A stretch of 63,749 nt of DNA, the filler included. It is 4 parts of 4 records of this genome, joined end to end, with 100 filler letters (N's around TTAATTAATTAA, not from the genome) between each part and the next. Parts side by side here need not be neighbours in the genome. Positions count along the whole stretch, not along the records: positions 23,400 to 37,584 come from DRR723986_9366; positions 37,685 to 50,038 come from DRR723986_9373; 2 more parts are not named here. The stretch is one strand, 5' to 3'. The notes beneath the pieces are model-generated. The model searched no databases, was not told the DNA's origin, and saw only the letters and a program-made list of their open reading frames with translations. A program made the translations under genes and the position numbers. Below, in pieces: positions 27,965 to 38,705 of the stretch (position 1 is the first letter of the stretch; the number at the start of each line of letters is the position of its first letter).

Positions 27965-30900
27965 CAGCGGGGCCGTTCACTTTGATGGTAATGTCGACTT
28001 TGCAATCCGCTACATCAACGCACTCTCCGGTGGCTTCGCCCTTCTCCACCGTTACGCTATCGGCCAGTGTTTCACCAGCCAGATAGTCTTTGTGTTCCTC
28101 AACTGCCTTTGCAAGGTCGTCGTTGTCGAAGCGGAGCGTTACCGCGATGCGATCGGTGAACTGCAGGTCAGCTTTCTTTCGCTCTTCCTGGACAAATCGG
28201 ACGAGGTCGCGAATGTAGCCTTCACGGATCAGTTCGTCGGTCAATTCTGTTGCCAAGACGACGACAGCCAGTTTGCCCTGCGCGGCGGACCAACCGTCTT
28301 TGGCTTTCAGGCGGACTTGGATGTCGTCGCCCTCAAGTGTTAGCGGCGTTCCGGCAAGATCTATTTCAACCTTCCCGTCGGCTTGCAATTGGGCCAGCAA
28401 TTCACCACCGTCGGCTTCGGCCAGTGTCTTCTTAAGCACTGGGACATTCTTGCCAACCTTTGGGCCGAGTTTCTTGAAGTTTGGAAGAACCTGATACTCG
28501 ACGTAAGGGCTGTTGCCAGAATCGTATGCGATCTCCTTAACATTCAGTTCAGCGCGAACGATCTCATCGTGTTCCTTCAACCAAGGAATGTGCTCGTCGC
28601 TTGCTATGCTAACTTCGACACGTGATAGTGGCTGTCGGACCTTAAGTTTCGAATCCATTCGAGCACTGCGGCCTAGACTGGCGATCTCACGCAGCAGTTC
28701 CATTCGAGCGCACAAGGTGCTGTCCATGATCCGACCATCGGCGACTGGATAATCACACAGATGGACACTCTCGCGAACTTTTCCTTTCACCGGCTCGGTA
28801 AGTGCTTGCCAAAGTGATTCAGCGATGAACGGCACGAAGGGAGCGACCATTTTGGTGACGTCAACCAGGACTTCATAAAGCGTCCAATAGGCGTCGGCCT
28901 TGTCCTGACTTTCGCTGGCTTTCTCGCTGCCCCAGTAACGATCGCGACAACGCCTGACGTACCAGTTGCTAAGTGCATCTACCAATGAATTGATTCGCTG
29001 ACACGCCGCAAAGCTGTTGTAGGCATCCATGGACGACACAACCGTTTCGATCGTCTGTGTCAGCTCGCCCATGATCCATCTGTCGAGTTCACTGCGTTGT
29101 TCGATTGGGCGGTAACCCTCTGCTGTCGCAAACTCGTTGGAGTTCAATTGATCAAGCTTGCCTTCGACGCTAGCGGGGCCGGCAAATTGGTCAATCTCGG
29201 CGTAGATTGAGAAGAAGCTGAGTACGTTCCATAGGCGTAGCAGAAATTCAGGAATGGAGTCTCGAATGGCGCGTTCGGCGTAGATGATCGAGCTGTGGGG
29301 CGGCTGGTTTGCAAAGAAGTACCATCGCAGTGCGTCGGCACCGTGGTTGTCGAAGATCTCCTGCGGACTTCGGTAATTGCGCAGGCTCTTGGACATTTTG
29401 CCCGTCTTGGAAACGTATTTCTTGCCTAGCTCCGCGCGAGCTTCTTCCTCGGTCAAGAACAACTGCTTGCTGTCTTTGCTCTCGTACCATTCGGCCAACA
29501 TGAGTCCAAGAACGATGCAGTTCTTGAATGGATGCGGATTCTCGGTATTTTCAAACAGCATGGTGCTGATTGCGAGTTGGCTGTAGAACCAGCCGCGCGT
29601 TTGGTCGAGGGCTTCGCTGATGAAGTCAGCCGGGAATGCAGCTTCGAATTGTTCTTTGCCTGTGTGCGGGTAACCCCACTGTGCGAACGGCATTGCACCG
29701 GAGTCGTACCAGCAATCGATTACCTCCGGCACTCGCCGCATCCGCGCCGAGGAGTCAAAGGGTGAATCGTAAGTGATTGCATCAATGTATGGCTTGTGAA
29801 CCTTCAGGTCGTCAACCAATTCGGGATTCGCCGCCTTGGCCTTCTCCCACATCTCGGTACCGGAAACGCCCGGCTGGGAAAGTAGTTCGTCGTAGCTTCC
29901 AAACGCCTCACGCTTTCCAGTCTTCTCACACTCCCAGATTGGCAACGGCGTGCCCCAGTAGCGTTCGCGCGAAAGAGCCCAATCGACATTGCTTTGCAAG
30001 AAATTGCCGAAGCGACCGTCTTTGATATTTGCTGGTGACCAGTTGATCTGCTGATTGTTGGCAATCATCTGGTCGCGGTATTGTGTTGTTCGGATGAACC
30101 AGCTTTCGCGAGGATACTGGATCAACGGGTCCTGGTCGGCGCGCCAACAGAATGGGTACTCGTGCAAGTACTGATCCAAGAGCAGCAGGTGGCCTGATTC
30201 TTTGATGGTGCGCGAGATGGCCTTGTCGGCGTCCTTAACCCAAACACCCTCTTGATCGGGGTAGTCCGAAGTGAACTTGCCATCTGGACCGACCGCGCAG
30301 AAGAGCCCGGGCCCGCTACCGTCAACAAAGCGGGCCTGTTCTTCGACCAGCAATTCGTAGTCGACTTCGCCGAACGCGGGCGCGATGTGAACGATCCCGG
30401 TTCCACTGTCCAGTGTCACAAACTCGCCAGCCAGAACGCGCCAGTAATGGTGCTGCTGGCCACCTTCGGAAAGTTCTCCAGTGTCTTCGCTGTGATCTTT
30501 GTAGTAGACGTCGATGGGAGGGCGATAGCGGAGGCCAACCAGTTCACGGCCCGAACAAGTGCTTTCGACTTTCCAGCTTCTCTTTGTCTTCTCGGCTAGT
30601 GCCTCGACCAATTCGGCCGCAACGATCAATTTCTCCCCAGACTCTTCGTCGAGAACGGTCGCGTACTCGAGATCTTCGCCGACGGCCGTGTACGTATTGC
30701 TGGGAAGTGTCCAAGGGGTGGTCGTCCAAATGACGATCGATGTGTTTTCGCGATCGAGAAGCGGAAATTTCACGTAGACACTTGGATCAGCGACTTCGCG
30801 GTACCCCTGCCCCACTTCGCCGGCGGAGAGTGCAGTTCCGCCTTGAGCCCACCACCAAACGATCTTGTGGCCGCGGTAAAGCAGACCGCGATCAAACAGC

Positions 30901-31394
30901 TCTTTCAGGCTCCACCAAACGCTTTCGACGTAGGTCTTGTGGTACGTCACATAGGCTTCCGACAGGTCGATCCAGAATCCAAGCCGTTCGGTCAGTGTTT
31001 CCCATTCTTGCATGTAGCGCCAAACGCTTTGTTGGCACTTCTGGATGAATGGCTCGATACCGAACTCTTCGATCTGCTCTTTGCCGTGGATGCCGAGTTC
31101 TTTACATACTTCGACTTCCACCGGTAGTCCGTGCGTGTCCCAGCCCGCTTTCCGCTCGCAGCGGTAGCCTTGCATCGTCTTGTACCTGGGAAACAAATCT
31201 TTGATAGCACGAGTGAGGCAGTGTCCTGGGTGGGGAAGGCCGTTTGCCGTTGGCGGGCCTTCGTAGAAGACGAATTCCTCGGCTCCCTGACGGCCTTTGA
31301 GGCTCTTTTCGTAGATACCGTTCTCTTTCCAAAACTTCAGGATGTCCTGCTCGAGTTTCGGAAAGCGTACTTGCGTGTCAACGGCTTTGAACAT
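27954..31394 (-). CDS. ileS: isoleucine--tRNA ligase (type 2)
   Basis: [58 protein letters not shown] and KMSKS; type-2 C-terminus without the zinc finger. Confidence 0.97.
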   Translation of the reverse strand: MFKAVDTQVRFPKLEQDILKFWKENGIYEKSLKGRQGAEEFVFYEGPPTANGLPHPGHCLTRAIKDLFPRYKTMQGYRCERKAGWDTHGLPVEVEVCKELGIHGKEQIEEFGIEPFIQKCQQSVWRYMQEWETLTERLGFWIDLSEAYVTYHKTYVESVWWSLKELFDRGLLYRGHKIVWWWAQGGTALSAGEVGQGYREVADPSVYVKFPLLDRENTSIVIWTTTPWTLPSNTYTAVGEDLEYATVLDEESGEKLIVAAELVEALAEKTKRSWKVESTCSGRELVGLRYRPPIDVYYKDHSEDTGELSEGGQQHHYWRVLAGEFVTLDSGTGIVHIAPAFGEVDYELLVEEQARFVDGSGPGLFCAVGPDGKFTSDYPDQEGVWVKDADKAISRTIKESGHLLLLDQYLHEYPFCWRADQDPLIQYPRESWFIRTTQYRDQMIANNQQINWSPANIKDGRFGNFLQSNVDWALSRERYWGTPLPIWECEKTGKREAFGSYDELLSQPGVSGTEMWEKAKAANPELVDDLKVHKPYIDAITYDSPFDSSARMRRVPEVIDCWYDSGAMPFAQWGYPHTGKEQFEAAFPADFISEALDQTRGWFYSQLAISTMLFENTENPHPFKNCIVLGLMLAEWYESKDSKQLFLTEEEARAELGKKYVSKTGKMSKSLRNYRSPQEIFDNHGADALRWYFFANQPPHSSIIYAERAIRDSIPEFLLRLWNVLSFFSIYAEIDQFAGPASVEGKLDQLNSNEFATAEGYRPIEQRSELDRWIMGELTQTIETVVSSMDAYNSFAACQRINSLVDALSNWYVRRCRDRYWGSEKASESQDKADAYWTLYEVLVDVTKMVAPFVPFIAESLWQALTEPVKGKVRESVHLCDYPVADGRIMDSTLCARMELLREIASLGRSARMDSKLKVRQPLSRVEVSIASDEHIPWLKEHDEIVRAELNVKEIAYDSGNSPYVEYQVLPNFKKLGPKVGKNVPVLKKTLAEADGGELLAQLQADGKVEIDLAGTPLTLEGDDIQVRLKAKDGWSAAQGKLAVVVLATELTDELIREGYIRDLVRFVQEERKKADLQFTDRIAVTLRFDNDDLAKAVEEHKDYLAGETLADSVTVEKGEATGECVDVADCKVDITIKVNGPADAK

Positions 31395-31510
31395 GGTGGC
31401 CTACTATTGGCAAGTTGTTGCAAGTGGAATTGAGGCTTGGAGGCTCGCCGCCGATCAGTCGCCGCTATCGAGCGAGCGGACGGCTGGTGAGCAAATGGAT
31501 GCGACGGAGG

Positions 31511-33184
31511 CTAGGTTGTAAGCTTCTTGTACCGGAACTTCTGCACTTCGTCTTCAGCAAGTCCCAGTCGTTCGCGACGCTGAGCCTCGTAGGTGTCAAA
31601 GTTGCCTTCGCACCAGTGAACGTGCCCATCACCCTCAAATGCGAGGATGTGCGTGGCGATTCGGTCAAGGAACCAACGGTCGTGGGAGATAACTACGACA
31701 CATCCCGCGTAGTTAAGGATCGCTTCTTCGAGTGCTCGCAGCGTGTCGACGTCCAAATCGTTGGTCGGTTCGTCGAGCAAGAGCAAGTTCGAGCCGCGTC
31801 GCAGTAGCTTTGCCAGGTGAACACGATTGCGTTCACCACCGGAAAGTACGCCGACCTTCTTTTCTTGGTCGGGGCCGCGGAAATTGAACTTAGAAACGTA
31901 GGCCCGCGCGTTGACCTTGCGGCCGCCCATCTCTAGCAGATCTGTACCGCCACTGATTTCCTGGTAAACCGTTGCGTTTGAGTCCAGTGAATCGCGGCTC
32001 TGGTCGACGTACCCAGGTTCAACGGTTGGACCAACGCGAAACGTGCCCTTATCGGGCTGTTCAGAGCCGGTCATCATGCGGAACAGCGTCGTTTTACCTG
32101 CTCCGTTGGGCCCAATCACGCCAACGATGCCGCCAGCCGGCAGACTGAAGCTGAGATTTTCGATCAAGACGCGATCGTCAAACCCCTTGGTGACATCTTT
32201 GGCCTCGACTACGAGTTCACCAAGATGTTTGCCAGGTGGAATCTGGATCTCGAGCTCGTCGGGACGATCCTCGAATTCCTCCGCAGCCAATTTTTCGTAC
32301 GAGGAGATCCGCGCCTTGCTCTTGGCCTGCCGTGCCTTGGGGGAACTGCGGATCCATTCAAGTTCCTTTGCCAGCGTCTTTTGCCTGCTGGCCTGCTGTC
32401 GCTGTTCGCGTTGGAGCCGTTCTTGCTTCTGCTCCAGCCACGCCGTGTAGTTGCCTTCGAACGGGTGCCCCTGACCGCGATCCAGCTCCAAAATCCACTT
32501 GGCGACGTTGTCTAGGAAATAGCGATCGTGCGTGACCGCGACAACCGTTCCCGGATACTGATCCAAATGCTGCTCAAGCCAGTGAATGGACTCGGCATCC
32601 AGGTGGTTGGTTGGTTCGTCGAGCAACAGGAGATCGGGCTGTTCGATGAGCAATTTGCACAGAGCGACTCGACGTCGTTCCCCGCCAGAGAGCTTGGTGA
32701 CATCGGCGTCTCCAGGCGGCAGGTTCATGACAGTCATCGCCAATTCGACCTGCCGATCGAGTTCCCAGAGGTTGTGCGCGTCGATTTCGTTCTGGAGTCG
32801 CTCCATTTCGTCGTAGAGCTTCTGCAGTTTAGCCTCGTCGGTCACTTCGCCAAGTTCCATCGATATCTCGTTGTATCGATCGAGCACCTTTCGACGGACG
32901 GCCACTGCCTCTTCAACGTTTCCCTGAACGTCTTTCTCAGGGTTGAGTTGTGGTTCTTGTGGCAAGTATCCGACCGTGAAGCCCTTGGTCAGCCGCGCTT
33001 CGCCGTCGAAGTCTTTGTCGACGCCAGCCATGATGCGAAGGAGCGTACTTTTTCCCGCGCCGTTGGATCCAAGGACGCCAATTTTCGCGCCGGGGTAAAA
33101 CGACAACCATATGTCCTCCAGCACAGGCTTCGGCCCATGCTTCTTGGTCATCGACTCCATCGTGAATATGTACTGGCGTCCCAT
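31511..33184 (-). CDS. ettA: energy-dependent translational throttle protein (ABC-F)
   Basis: [19 protein letters not shown], two ABC cassettes and linker [22 protein letters not shown] 33184. Confidence 0.95.
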   Translation of the reverse strand: MGRQYIFTMESMTKKHGPKPVLEDIWLSFYPGAKIGVLGSNGAGKSTLLRIMAGVDKDFDGEARLTKGFTVGYLPQEPQLNPEKDVQGNVEEAVAVRRKVLDRYNEISMELGEVTDEAKLQKLYDEMERLQNEIDAHNLWELDRQVELAMTVMNLPPGDADVTKLSGGERRRVALCKLLIEQPDLLLLDEPTNHLDAESIHWLEQHLDQYPGTVVAVTHDRYFLDNVAKWILELDRGQGHPFEGNYTAWLEQKQERLQREQRQQASRQKTLAKELEWIRSSPKARQAKSKARISSYEKLAAEEFEDRPDELEIQIPPGKHLGELVVEAKDVTKGFDDRVLIENLSFSLPAGGIVGVIGPNGAGKTTLFRMMTGSEQPDKGTFRVGPTVEPGYVDQSRDSLDSNATVYQEISGGTDLLEMGGRKVNARAYVSKFNFRGPDQEKKVGVLSGGERNRVHLAKLLRRGSNLLLLDEPTNDLDVDTLRALEEAILNYAGCVVVISHDRWFLDRIATHILAFEGDGHVHWCEGNFDTYEAQRRERLGLAEDEVQKFRYKKLTT

Positions 33185-33652
33185 TGCTTTCCCTAAACTC
33201 CTGAATCCATCGTCGCGTGAACGAATCAACCGAATTGCGAGCAGCCAATCCACCTCAAGCGGAGCGGTGACAACTTGGCCGTTACGCAATTTTGCCGTTG
33301 ATTACGCAAGAATTTACCGCGCGGCTGGTAAGTAACAAGTCTGGCGAGTGGTCCACCTGGTGCAAAACGGGCCTCTCGATTCGCGAACCAGCGTCAAAAC
33401 CGCACGGGTGTGCGTTAACCAGTCGCATGGTGACTGAGGGAGCCAAGCAAATTGCCCCGCCATCTCGCCACTTCGAAGGCGCACTACAGCAAGTGTGCAG
33501 CGTCCAATGCAGCTCGAAAGCACCTTAGGAATGGTCGAAGCTAGCGATTGGCCACAGGTCCGGCACATCGGTTGCACAAGAACCTCTTGGGTCGTCCGGC
33601 CAATCCGCCGGCGAGATCACGGAATTGAAAACACGCCTAAGGAGAGAATTCG

Positions 33653-34195
33653 ATGAAAGAGCTCCATTTCCTGCCAAGCCGCCGCCTTCTGCTCATACCT
33701 GTGCTTGCCACAATCGTAGCCGTTGGAGTAAATCAATCTGGCAATTCACAGCAGGGCGGCGCGTCCAAGACTGGGGCTGCCCCAGTCCAAGAGGCTGATG
33801 GCGACGGTGCGCCGAAGGCCCCGAGACTGCAACTAGTCGACGAGAGTGCTCCTGTCCTCAAGGAGGTGCCCAAGGTGACCGATCAGCGTCCGATGGATTT
33901 TTGGATGCAGCACAAACTCGATCACTCCAAGAAAATGCTCGAAGCAATGACGCTGGCCGACTACGAACAGGTCAGATTCGGTGCGCAGCAAATGCGTATG
34001 CTCGGCCGTATTGAAGGATTCGTTCGTCGCGCGAATCCAGCGTACACTGCCCAGGCACGGGCTTTTGACAGCTCGCTGACGGCGCTTATGCAAGGCGCTG
34101 AGAAGAAAGACAGCATGATGGTCAACGCTGCTTTCAACAACATGACAACTAGCTGTGTAAAGTGTCATAGTGTCCTGCGTGGCGAAGCGAAATAG
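33653..34195 (+). CDS. exported c-type cytochrome (cytochrome c'-like helical bundle)
   Basis: Signal peptide; single C-terminal CVKCH heme motif; WMxxKL helix; AGGAG RBS. Confidence 0.75.
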   Translation: MKELHFLPSRRLLLIPVLATIVAVGVNQSGNSQQGGASKTGAAPVQEADGDGAPKAPRLQLVDESAPVLKEVPKVTDQRPMDFWMQHKLDHSKKMLEAMTLADYEQVRFGAQQMRMLGRIEGFVRRANPAYTAQARAFDSSLTALMQGAEKKDSMMVNAAFNNMTTSCVKCHSVLRGEAK

Positions 34196-34315
34196 ATTGC
34201 ACTAAACTGCTGGGCTGAACAAGAGCGAGCTAGCGGCAGTCCAGGTGCAGCATTTCGTGCTTCTTCAGGCTCACCTGGCCTTACCGCTCGATACCTCGAA
34301 AACGGAACCCATTCA

Positions 34316-35098
34316 TTGGACATTGCTTCTTACAACCGTGCTGCCTGGGATAAGTTGGTAGACCAAGGCAATCAATGGACCGTCCCTGTTGACTCAGAGC
34401 AGATCGAAAGAGCCCGACGGGGGGACATCAGCATTGTTCTGACACCGACGAAGAAAGTCCCCAAAGAATGGCTCGGCGACGTTCATGGAGCAAAGATTCT
34501 GTGCTTGGCGTCCGGCGGTGGGCAACAGGGGCCACTTCTTGCTGCCGCCGGTGCCGTTGTGACCGTGCTCGACAACTCCCCAAAGCAGCTTGCCCGAGAT
34601 CGTGAAGTCGCACAGCGCGAGAACCTTCAACTGGAAACCGTGCAAGGCGATATGCGCGATCTCAGCAGCCTGCCTAGCGGGCACTTCGATCTAGTCGTCC
34701 ACCCATGCTCAAATACCTTCGTGCCGAGCGTTCTACCGGTATGGAAAGAAGCATCACGAGTGCTCCGAAGCGAAGGGATGTTATTGGCCGGATTCTGCAA
34801 CCCGGTGGTGTTCATTTTTGACTACGAAAAGATGAAAGTCGGGGAGTTGGTTGTAAGGCATTCAATCCCCTACAGCGACTTCGATCAATTAGACGCATCC
34901 GAGATCGAGCAGATGCAGAGCAGTGGCGAAGCATTCTGCTTTGGCCACACCCTGGAGGATCAAATTGGTGGGCAGATCGCTGCCAGACTTGAAATCAATG
35001 GATTCTACGAGGATACGTGGGGCGACGATCCTGCTTTTCGATCGCTCAGCGAAACCATTCCATCGTTCATAGCGACCCGCAGCGTGAAGCGAAGCTAG
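34316..35098 (+). CDS. class I SAM-dependent methyltransferase
   Basis: ILCLASGGGQQ, GDM.DL, FDLVVH and RVLR..G. Confidence 0.9.
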   Translation: MDIASYNRAAWDKLVDQGNQWTVPVDSEQIERARRGDISIVLTPTKKVPKEWLGDVHGAKILCLASGGGQQGPLLAAAGAVVTVLDNSPKQLARDREVAQRENLQLETVQGDMRDLSSLPSGHFDLVVHPCSNTFVPSVLPVWKEASRVLRSEGMLLAGFCNPVVFIFDYEKMKVGELVVRHSIPYSDFDQLDASEIEQMQSSGEAFCFGHTLEDQIGGQIAARLEINGFYEDTWGDDPAFRSLSETIPSFIATRSVKRS

Positions 35099-35131
35099 GC
35101 TGCACCGATCTTCGGTTCGTCGTGATTCGGT

Positions 35132-36010
35132 CTAGGCCGCCGCGGCCCTCGTTTCGCGTCGTTCTGGCAAAAACGCGATCAAAGCCACGGCGAGCAACGC
35201 AGCGTAAAGCGGCTGACACCAGAAAACGCACATGGCGAGACAGAAAAGCCAGCCTGCAATCACACCAAGTGGCCGGAAGGGGCGTTGCAACAGCGCCATC
35301 AATGAAACCGCTTGAACCACAAGAATTCCGTGGGTGATGAATTCTACCAACAGCGGATTGTCGCCGAGCAACTGTAGCGAAAGCATCTGCGAGCGGCCCG
35401 ACGACGCAAGCCACCAAATTGCCTCGCCCCGCCACCAAACCAAATTAGCAAGCTGCGAAAGAAAGCCCGCTGCAAGGACGATCCAGATGTGTACTTGTGT
35501 AAGTCGCAGCGCGATGTTGTTCCAATAACTGCTCGAAGGGCCATCCGGGGCCGAACGGGAAGTTCTCGAACTAGAGGCGACCGCCAAGTAGATGACTAGC
35601 GGTACCAACAGCGGTTCGACGGGGCCACTCAGCCACGTGATTCGGTGGATCCATGAGACCGCAACGACCAACAGCAAAGCGTAAACAATGCGCCCGCCGA
35701 GTCCCAATGCGGCCACTACGGACAACACGATTCCCGCGACAAGGCATGCGTAGTACAGCGCAAGTGAATCACTCAGCCATAAAAAACTCCAACGCTGCCA
35801 ACGCGACACTTGCGCGAAGTCCAGAATTCGGGCGCTAGCATCGAGACTCAGTACGCCATCGGAACCGAACCAATAGGCGATATTGCCGAAAAAGCTTGCG
35901 AACCACAGCAAGACTACGGTCAATACGCCGATACGAAGCTGCTTGACTCGATTGGCACTGGCTGGCTGGAACCAGAATTCGTCCCATGAAGCACGCATTT
36001 GGCGAATCAT
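35132..36010 (-). CDS. HTTM-domain-like polytopic membrane protein
   Basis: WDEFWFQP..LRI N-terminus, WFG.DG.L, LRL.Q.H and WW.GEA.WW, with multiple TMs. Confidence 0.65.
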   Translation of the reverse strand: MIRQMRASWDEFWFQPASANRVKQLRIGVLTVVLLWFASFFGNIAYWFGSDGVLSLDASARILDFAQVSRWQRWSFLWLSDSLALYYACLVAGIVLSVVAALGLGGRIVYALLLVVAVSWIHRITWLSGPVEPLLVPLVIYLAVASSSRTSRSAPDGPSSSYWNNIALRLTQVHIWIVLAAGFLSQLANLVWWRGEAIWWLASSGRSQMLSLQLLGDNPLLVEFITHGILVVQAVSLMALLQRPFRPLGVIAGWLFCLAMCVFWCQPLYAALLAVALIAFLPERRETRAAAA

Positions 36011-36828
36011 TGCGATGCTCCTGAGGCAGAGGTGCTGGCACTGGCGGCTTCTTCAGTACTCTTAGATACTCGAGCAGCGGGTAAGGTTGGCGATACGACT
36101 AATGTACCATCGCTGGTGGTGACCAAATCCGCCGTATACACGACTGAGTCTGGCCAAGCCTCAGCGATCGTTACGTTGCCGAACTCCATCATTTCTTCGT
36201 ACTGGCGATAGTTGATGACCACCGGCGACAACAACCTTGCTTTGTCGATGCTCCCCAGTGTTCTTGATGTTTGAGCGTTCACTGTATCAACGATTATCTC
36301 CCCGAGTATCTCGTTGTCACCGGAGTCGGCATACAGCAAGCGGACGATGCGAGAAAAGTTTGCCCACCTGGACGACGTCCAGTCCACGGGCCGTTCATCA
36401 GAGACTCGCACGCCTTGAGGTGGCAGGCTGGTCCACTCATTGACCGGTGCATCCGTTTGATGCACCTGGACGACCATCGGGAACTCAATTTCTTCCCCGT
36501 GAGTCCATTCAATCGCGACGGCACCATAGTCTTGGCCGGTCCCCACAATGTATGGCCCCAGAAAGTCCAAGAAGCGGCTCTGGATAATGCTTGGCGAGAG
36601 ATTCGCCGACAGCGAGGTTAACAGGCAAACGAACTGAAAGAGAACCAACACGCTCACGATTCTTTTCGCCATTGGCGAAATGCTCGTTGCTACCTCCGAG
36701 TTTTCCTGCTGCAGAACGCTCGTTTTCGTTGGAGGCTCGCTTGTTGCTGATTCTGACCTCTTTCGTTTTCGCATAGCAGGGGCGTACTTCGGCAGCTTGT
36801 TTGGCGGCGACTCATTTCGGGGCCGCAC
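36007..36828 (-). CDS. hypothetical single-TM protein coupled to the HTTM gene
   Basis: 273-aa ORF with one TM; 4-bp overlap with the downstream start; start uncertain. Confidence 0.65.
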   Translation of the reverse strand: MRPRNESPPNKLPKYAPAMRKRKRSESATSEPPTKTSVLQQENSEVATSISPMAKRIVSVLVLFQFVCLLTSLSANLSPSIIQSRFLDFLGPYIVGTGQDYGAVAIEWTHGEEIEFPMVVQVHQTDAPVNEWTSLPPQGVRVSDERPVDWTSSRWANFSRIVRLLYADSGDNEILGEIIVDTVNAQTSRTLGSIDKARLLSPVVINYRQYEEMMEFGNVTIAEAWPDSVVYTADLVTTSDGTLVVSPTLPAARVSKSTEEAASASTSASGASQ

Positions 36829-36994
36829 TGTTCAGAAGACAGTCGGATCTAACGATCGAACTAGATCCAAAGACTTGGTTCGGCGATGTCAGTAGAGTGT
36901 AATTCCTCCCCGCGGGCACTTACAGTGGCAACGCGGAACAGAGCTTGAAGAATCACAGCATCACCTGCACGTGGGGTGACTTCGCTTCGGTCAG

Positions 36995-37031
36995 GAAACG
37001 AACACAGGGCACAAGTGGAACTTGTACCCTG
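36995..37031 (-). terminator. probable intrinsic terminator of the SHD1 gene
   Basis: Minus strand CAGGGTACAAG-ttcca-CTTGTGCCCTG (one G-U pair) followed by TGTTCGTTT. Confidence 0.5.
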
Positions 37032-37058
37032 CGCTTCTGTTAGTGATTTCAGTTTCGT

Positions 37059-37583
37059 TTATCGAGCGGTCGAGATGAACTGAACCTTGCCGGATTCGGA
37101 AGCTGCTGCGATTTGCTGGACGATGACTTTGTCTGAGTCACTTAGTCGACGCAATGGAACCGTGCAGTACTTGCCGTTGGATTTCAGCAATCGAACGCTG
37201 TCGATTCGAATTTCTGCCAACTTCGCTTCTACGGTGAAGTTGCCGGTGTTGTCCTTCCAAGTCCGCAGTTGCGTGGCCTTGAACAGATCGTCTAGAGAAT
37301 CGCCAGCATCGTCGCCGGTTGCGTCCTCAGCCGGTGCGCCAAACAGATCTTCTAGATCCATCTTGTCTGCTTCGATTGGTTGCGTCGAAGTTGGTTGACC
37401 AAAGAGGTCTTCGCCACTCGGGGCTGAATCGCCCGAAGGTGCACCGAACAAGTCGTCTGCTGCTGGAGCTGCATTGACGGGAGCTGGGTCGCCGAACAGG
37501 TCATCGGCCGCTGGAGTGGAGTCGGTGGGAGCACCAAACAGGTCGTCCGCTGCGGGAGCTGCATCGGCAGGAGCACCAAACAG
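37059..37583 (-). CDS. SHD1-domain protein with acidic DLFG repeats (5'-truncated by the contig end)
   Basis: Frame open from the contig edge: LFGAPADAAPAADDLFGAPTDSTPAADDLFG...; C-terminal RTWKDNTGNFTVEAKL...V.L.K.NG....VPL..LS..D is SHD1. Confidence 0.8.
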   Translation of the reverse strand: MFGAPADAAPAADDLFGAPTDSTPAADDLFGDPAPVNAAPAADDLFGAPSGDSAPSGEDLFGQPTSTQPIEADKMDLEDLFGAPAEDATGDDAGDSLDDLFKATQLRTWKDNTGNFTVEAKLAEIRIDSVRLLKSNGKYCTVPLRRLSDSDKVIVQQIAAASESGKVQFISTAR

Positions 37584-37584
37584 G

Positions 37585-37684
37585 NNNNNNNNNNNNNNNN
37601 NNNNNNNNNNNNNNNNNNNNNNNNNNNNTTAATTAATTAANNNNNNNNNNNNNNNNNNNNNNNNNNNNNNNNNNNNNNNNNNNN
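37585..37684. other. artificial contig spacer
   Basis: 44 N + TTAATTAATTAA + 44 N. Confidence 0.99.
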
Positions 37685-37768
37685 ATCCGGGTGCGAGATG
37701 ATGGCAAAGGTGCGACGGCGCGCGATCTCGGGCGGCAATTCGGGGCGATTTGTGGCGGTATCTAGCAT
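37685..37768 (-). CDS. prfC: peptide chain release factor 3, N-terminal fragment (runs off the contig)
   Basis: MLDTATNRPELPPEIARRRTFAIISHPD matches the RF3 N-terminus preceding AGKTT. Confidence 0.9.
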
Positions 37769-37825
37769 GAGCGCGCGTATAGGTAAGATATGGGCCAGAG
37801 GCAAGGAAAACGGGGGGTGACATGC

Positions 37826-37863
37826 GTGCACCACCCGTGCACCCCCTGTGCACCGGGGTGCAC
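37826..37863. repeat. four helically phased GTGCAC palindromes
   Basis: GTGCAC at 37826, 37837, 37848 and 37858 (spacing 11, 11, 10) in the divergent intergenic region. Confidence 0.75.
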
Positions 37864-37935
37864 CGGACGCTGATCTTGGGCGGTGTTAACCTTTGGCTGG
37901 CAATGTTGGGGTGAATTTTAACACGAGGTAAAAAC

Positions 37936-38283
37936 ATGGTCAGTCGCAATCAGGCCCGCACCGAAATGCTGCACGAGCTGGAGGCGCTACAAGAAAAGCT
38001 GGCCAGCGATTGGCTGGATCACAGCTTGCCAGAGGATTGGCATGGGCTGGACACGTGGCACGGTCCAGTGCGGGACAAGACGCGGGTGACGATCCGGCTG
38101 GACGCGGACATGGTGCGGTGGTTTCGCAAGCTGGGGCCGGGGTACGGCGCGCGGGTCAATCAAGTGCTGCGGATCTATTGGACGGCGCTGTTGTGTGGCC
38201 ACATCAAAGCGCATCAGTACGACAACACGCTGCCGCGTTTGATGTTAGAGGCGCAACGCATTCATCGCGAGATTGGGGCATGA
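37936..38283 (+). CDS. BrnA antitoxin-family (ribbon-helix-helix) protein
   Basis: KTRVTIRLDADMVRWFRKLGPGYGARVNQVLR; GAGG RBS. Confidence 0.85.
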   Translation: MVSRNQARTEMLHELEALQEKLASDWLDHSLPEDWHGLDTWHGPVRDKTRVTIRLDADMVRWFRKLGPGYGARVNQVLRIYWTALLCGHIKAHQYDNTLPRLMLEAQRIHREIGA

Positions 38284-38705
38284 GGGGGATGTGATTGCTT
38301 GGATGGAGGTCATGTGGGTAGATATCGAGATGCAATCAGAAGTCGGTTTTGGGCAGTTTTTGTATCTTGCAAAGCCCGCCTTTCTGTCTCGGAGCACTGC
38401 ATGCGACCGCTGCAATGCCGCATGAAAAGTGGTCATTGCGAACTCTATGCAGCAGATTCTCTGGTCAGGCGTCGGCTAGGCGGAGGTTTCTCGCCGTTCG
38501 CTGCAAGTGCTTTATTTTTCCAAAGCCGAACGTGCGGGATATCTGTGACGTCCGTTTTCCACCCGGCCACTCAGTGTCGGAAGTGCCGAAAACCCGAGCT
38601 TGTGAAGCTAACGAAACCGGTTAGTGCAGTCTTCCCGCAAGAACAGTAGTTAAGGTATTCGATAAACATTGGTTTGGAGTAGAAGAGGGCAGAAACGTTA
38701 CGCAG

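Noticed and set aside
37685-38300. SXT/R391-type ICE integrated at prfC
   Set aside because: No integrase, att repeat or transfer genes are visible, and the host appears alphaproteobacterial.
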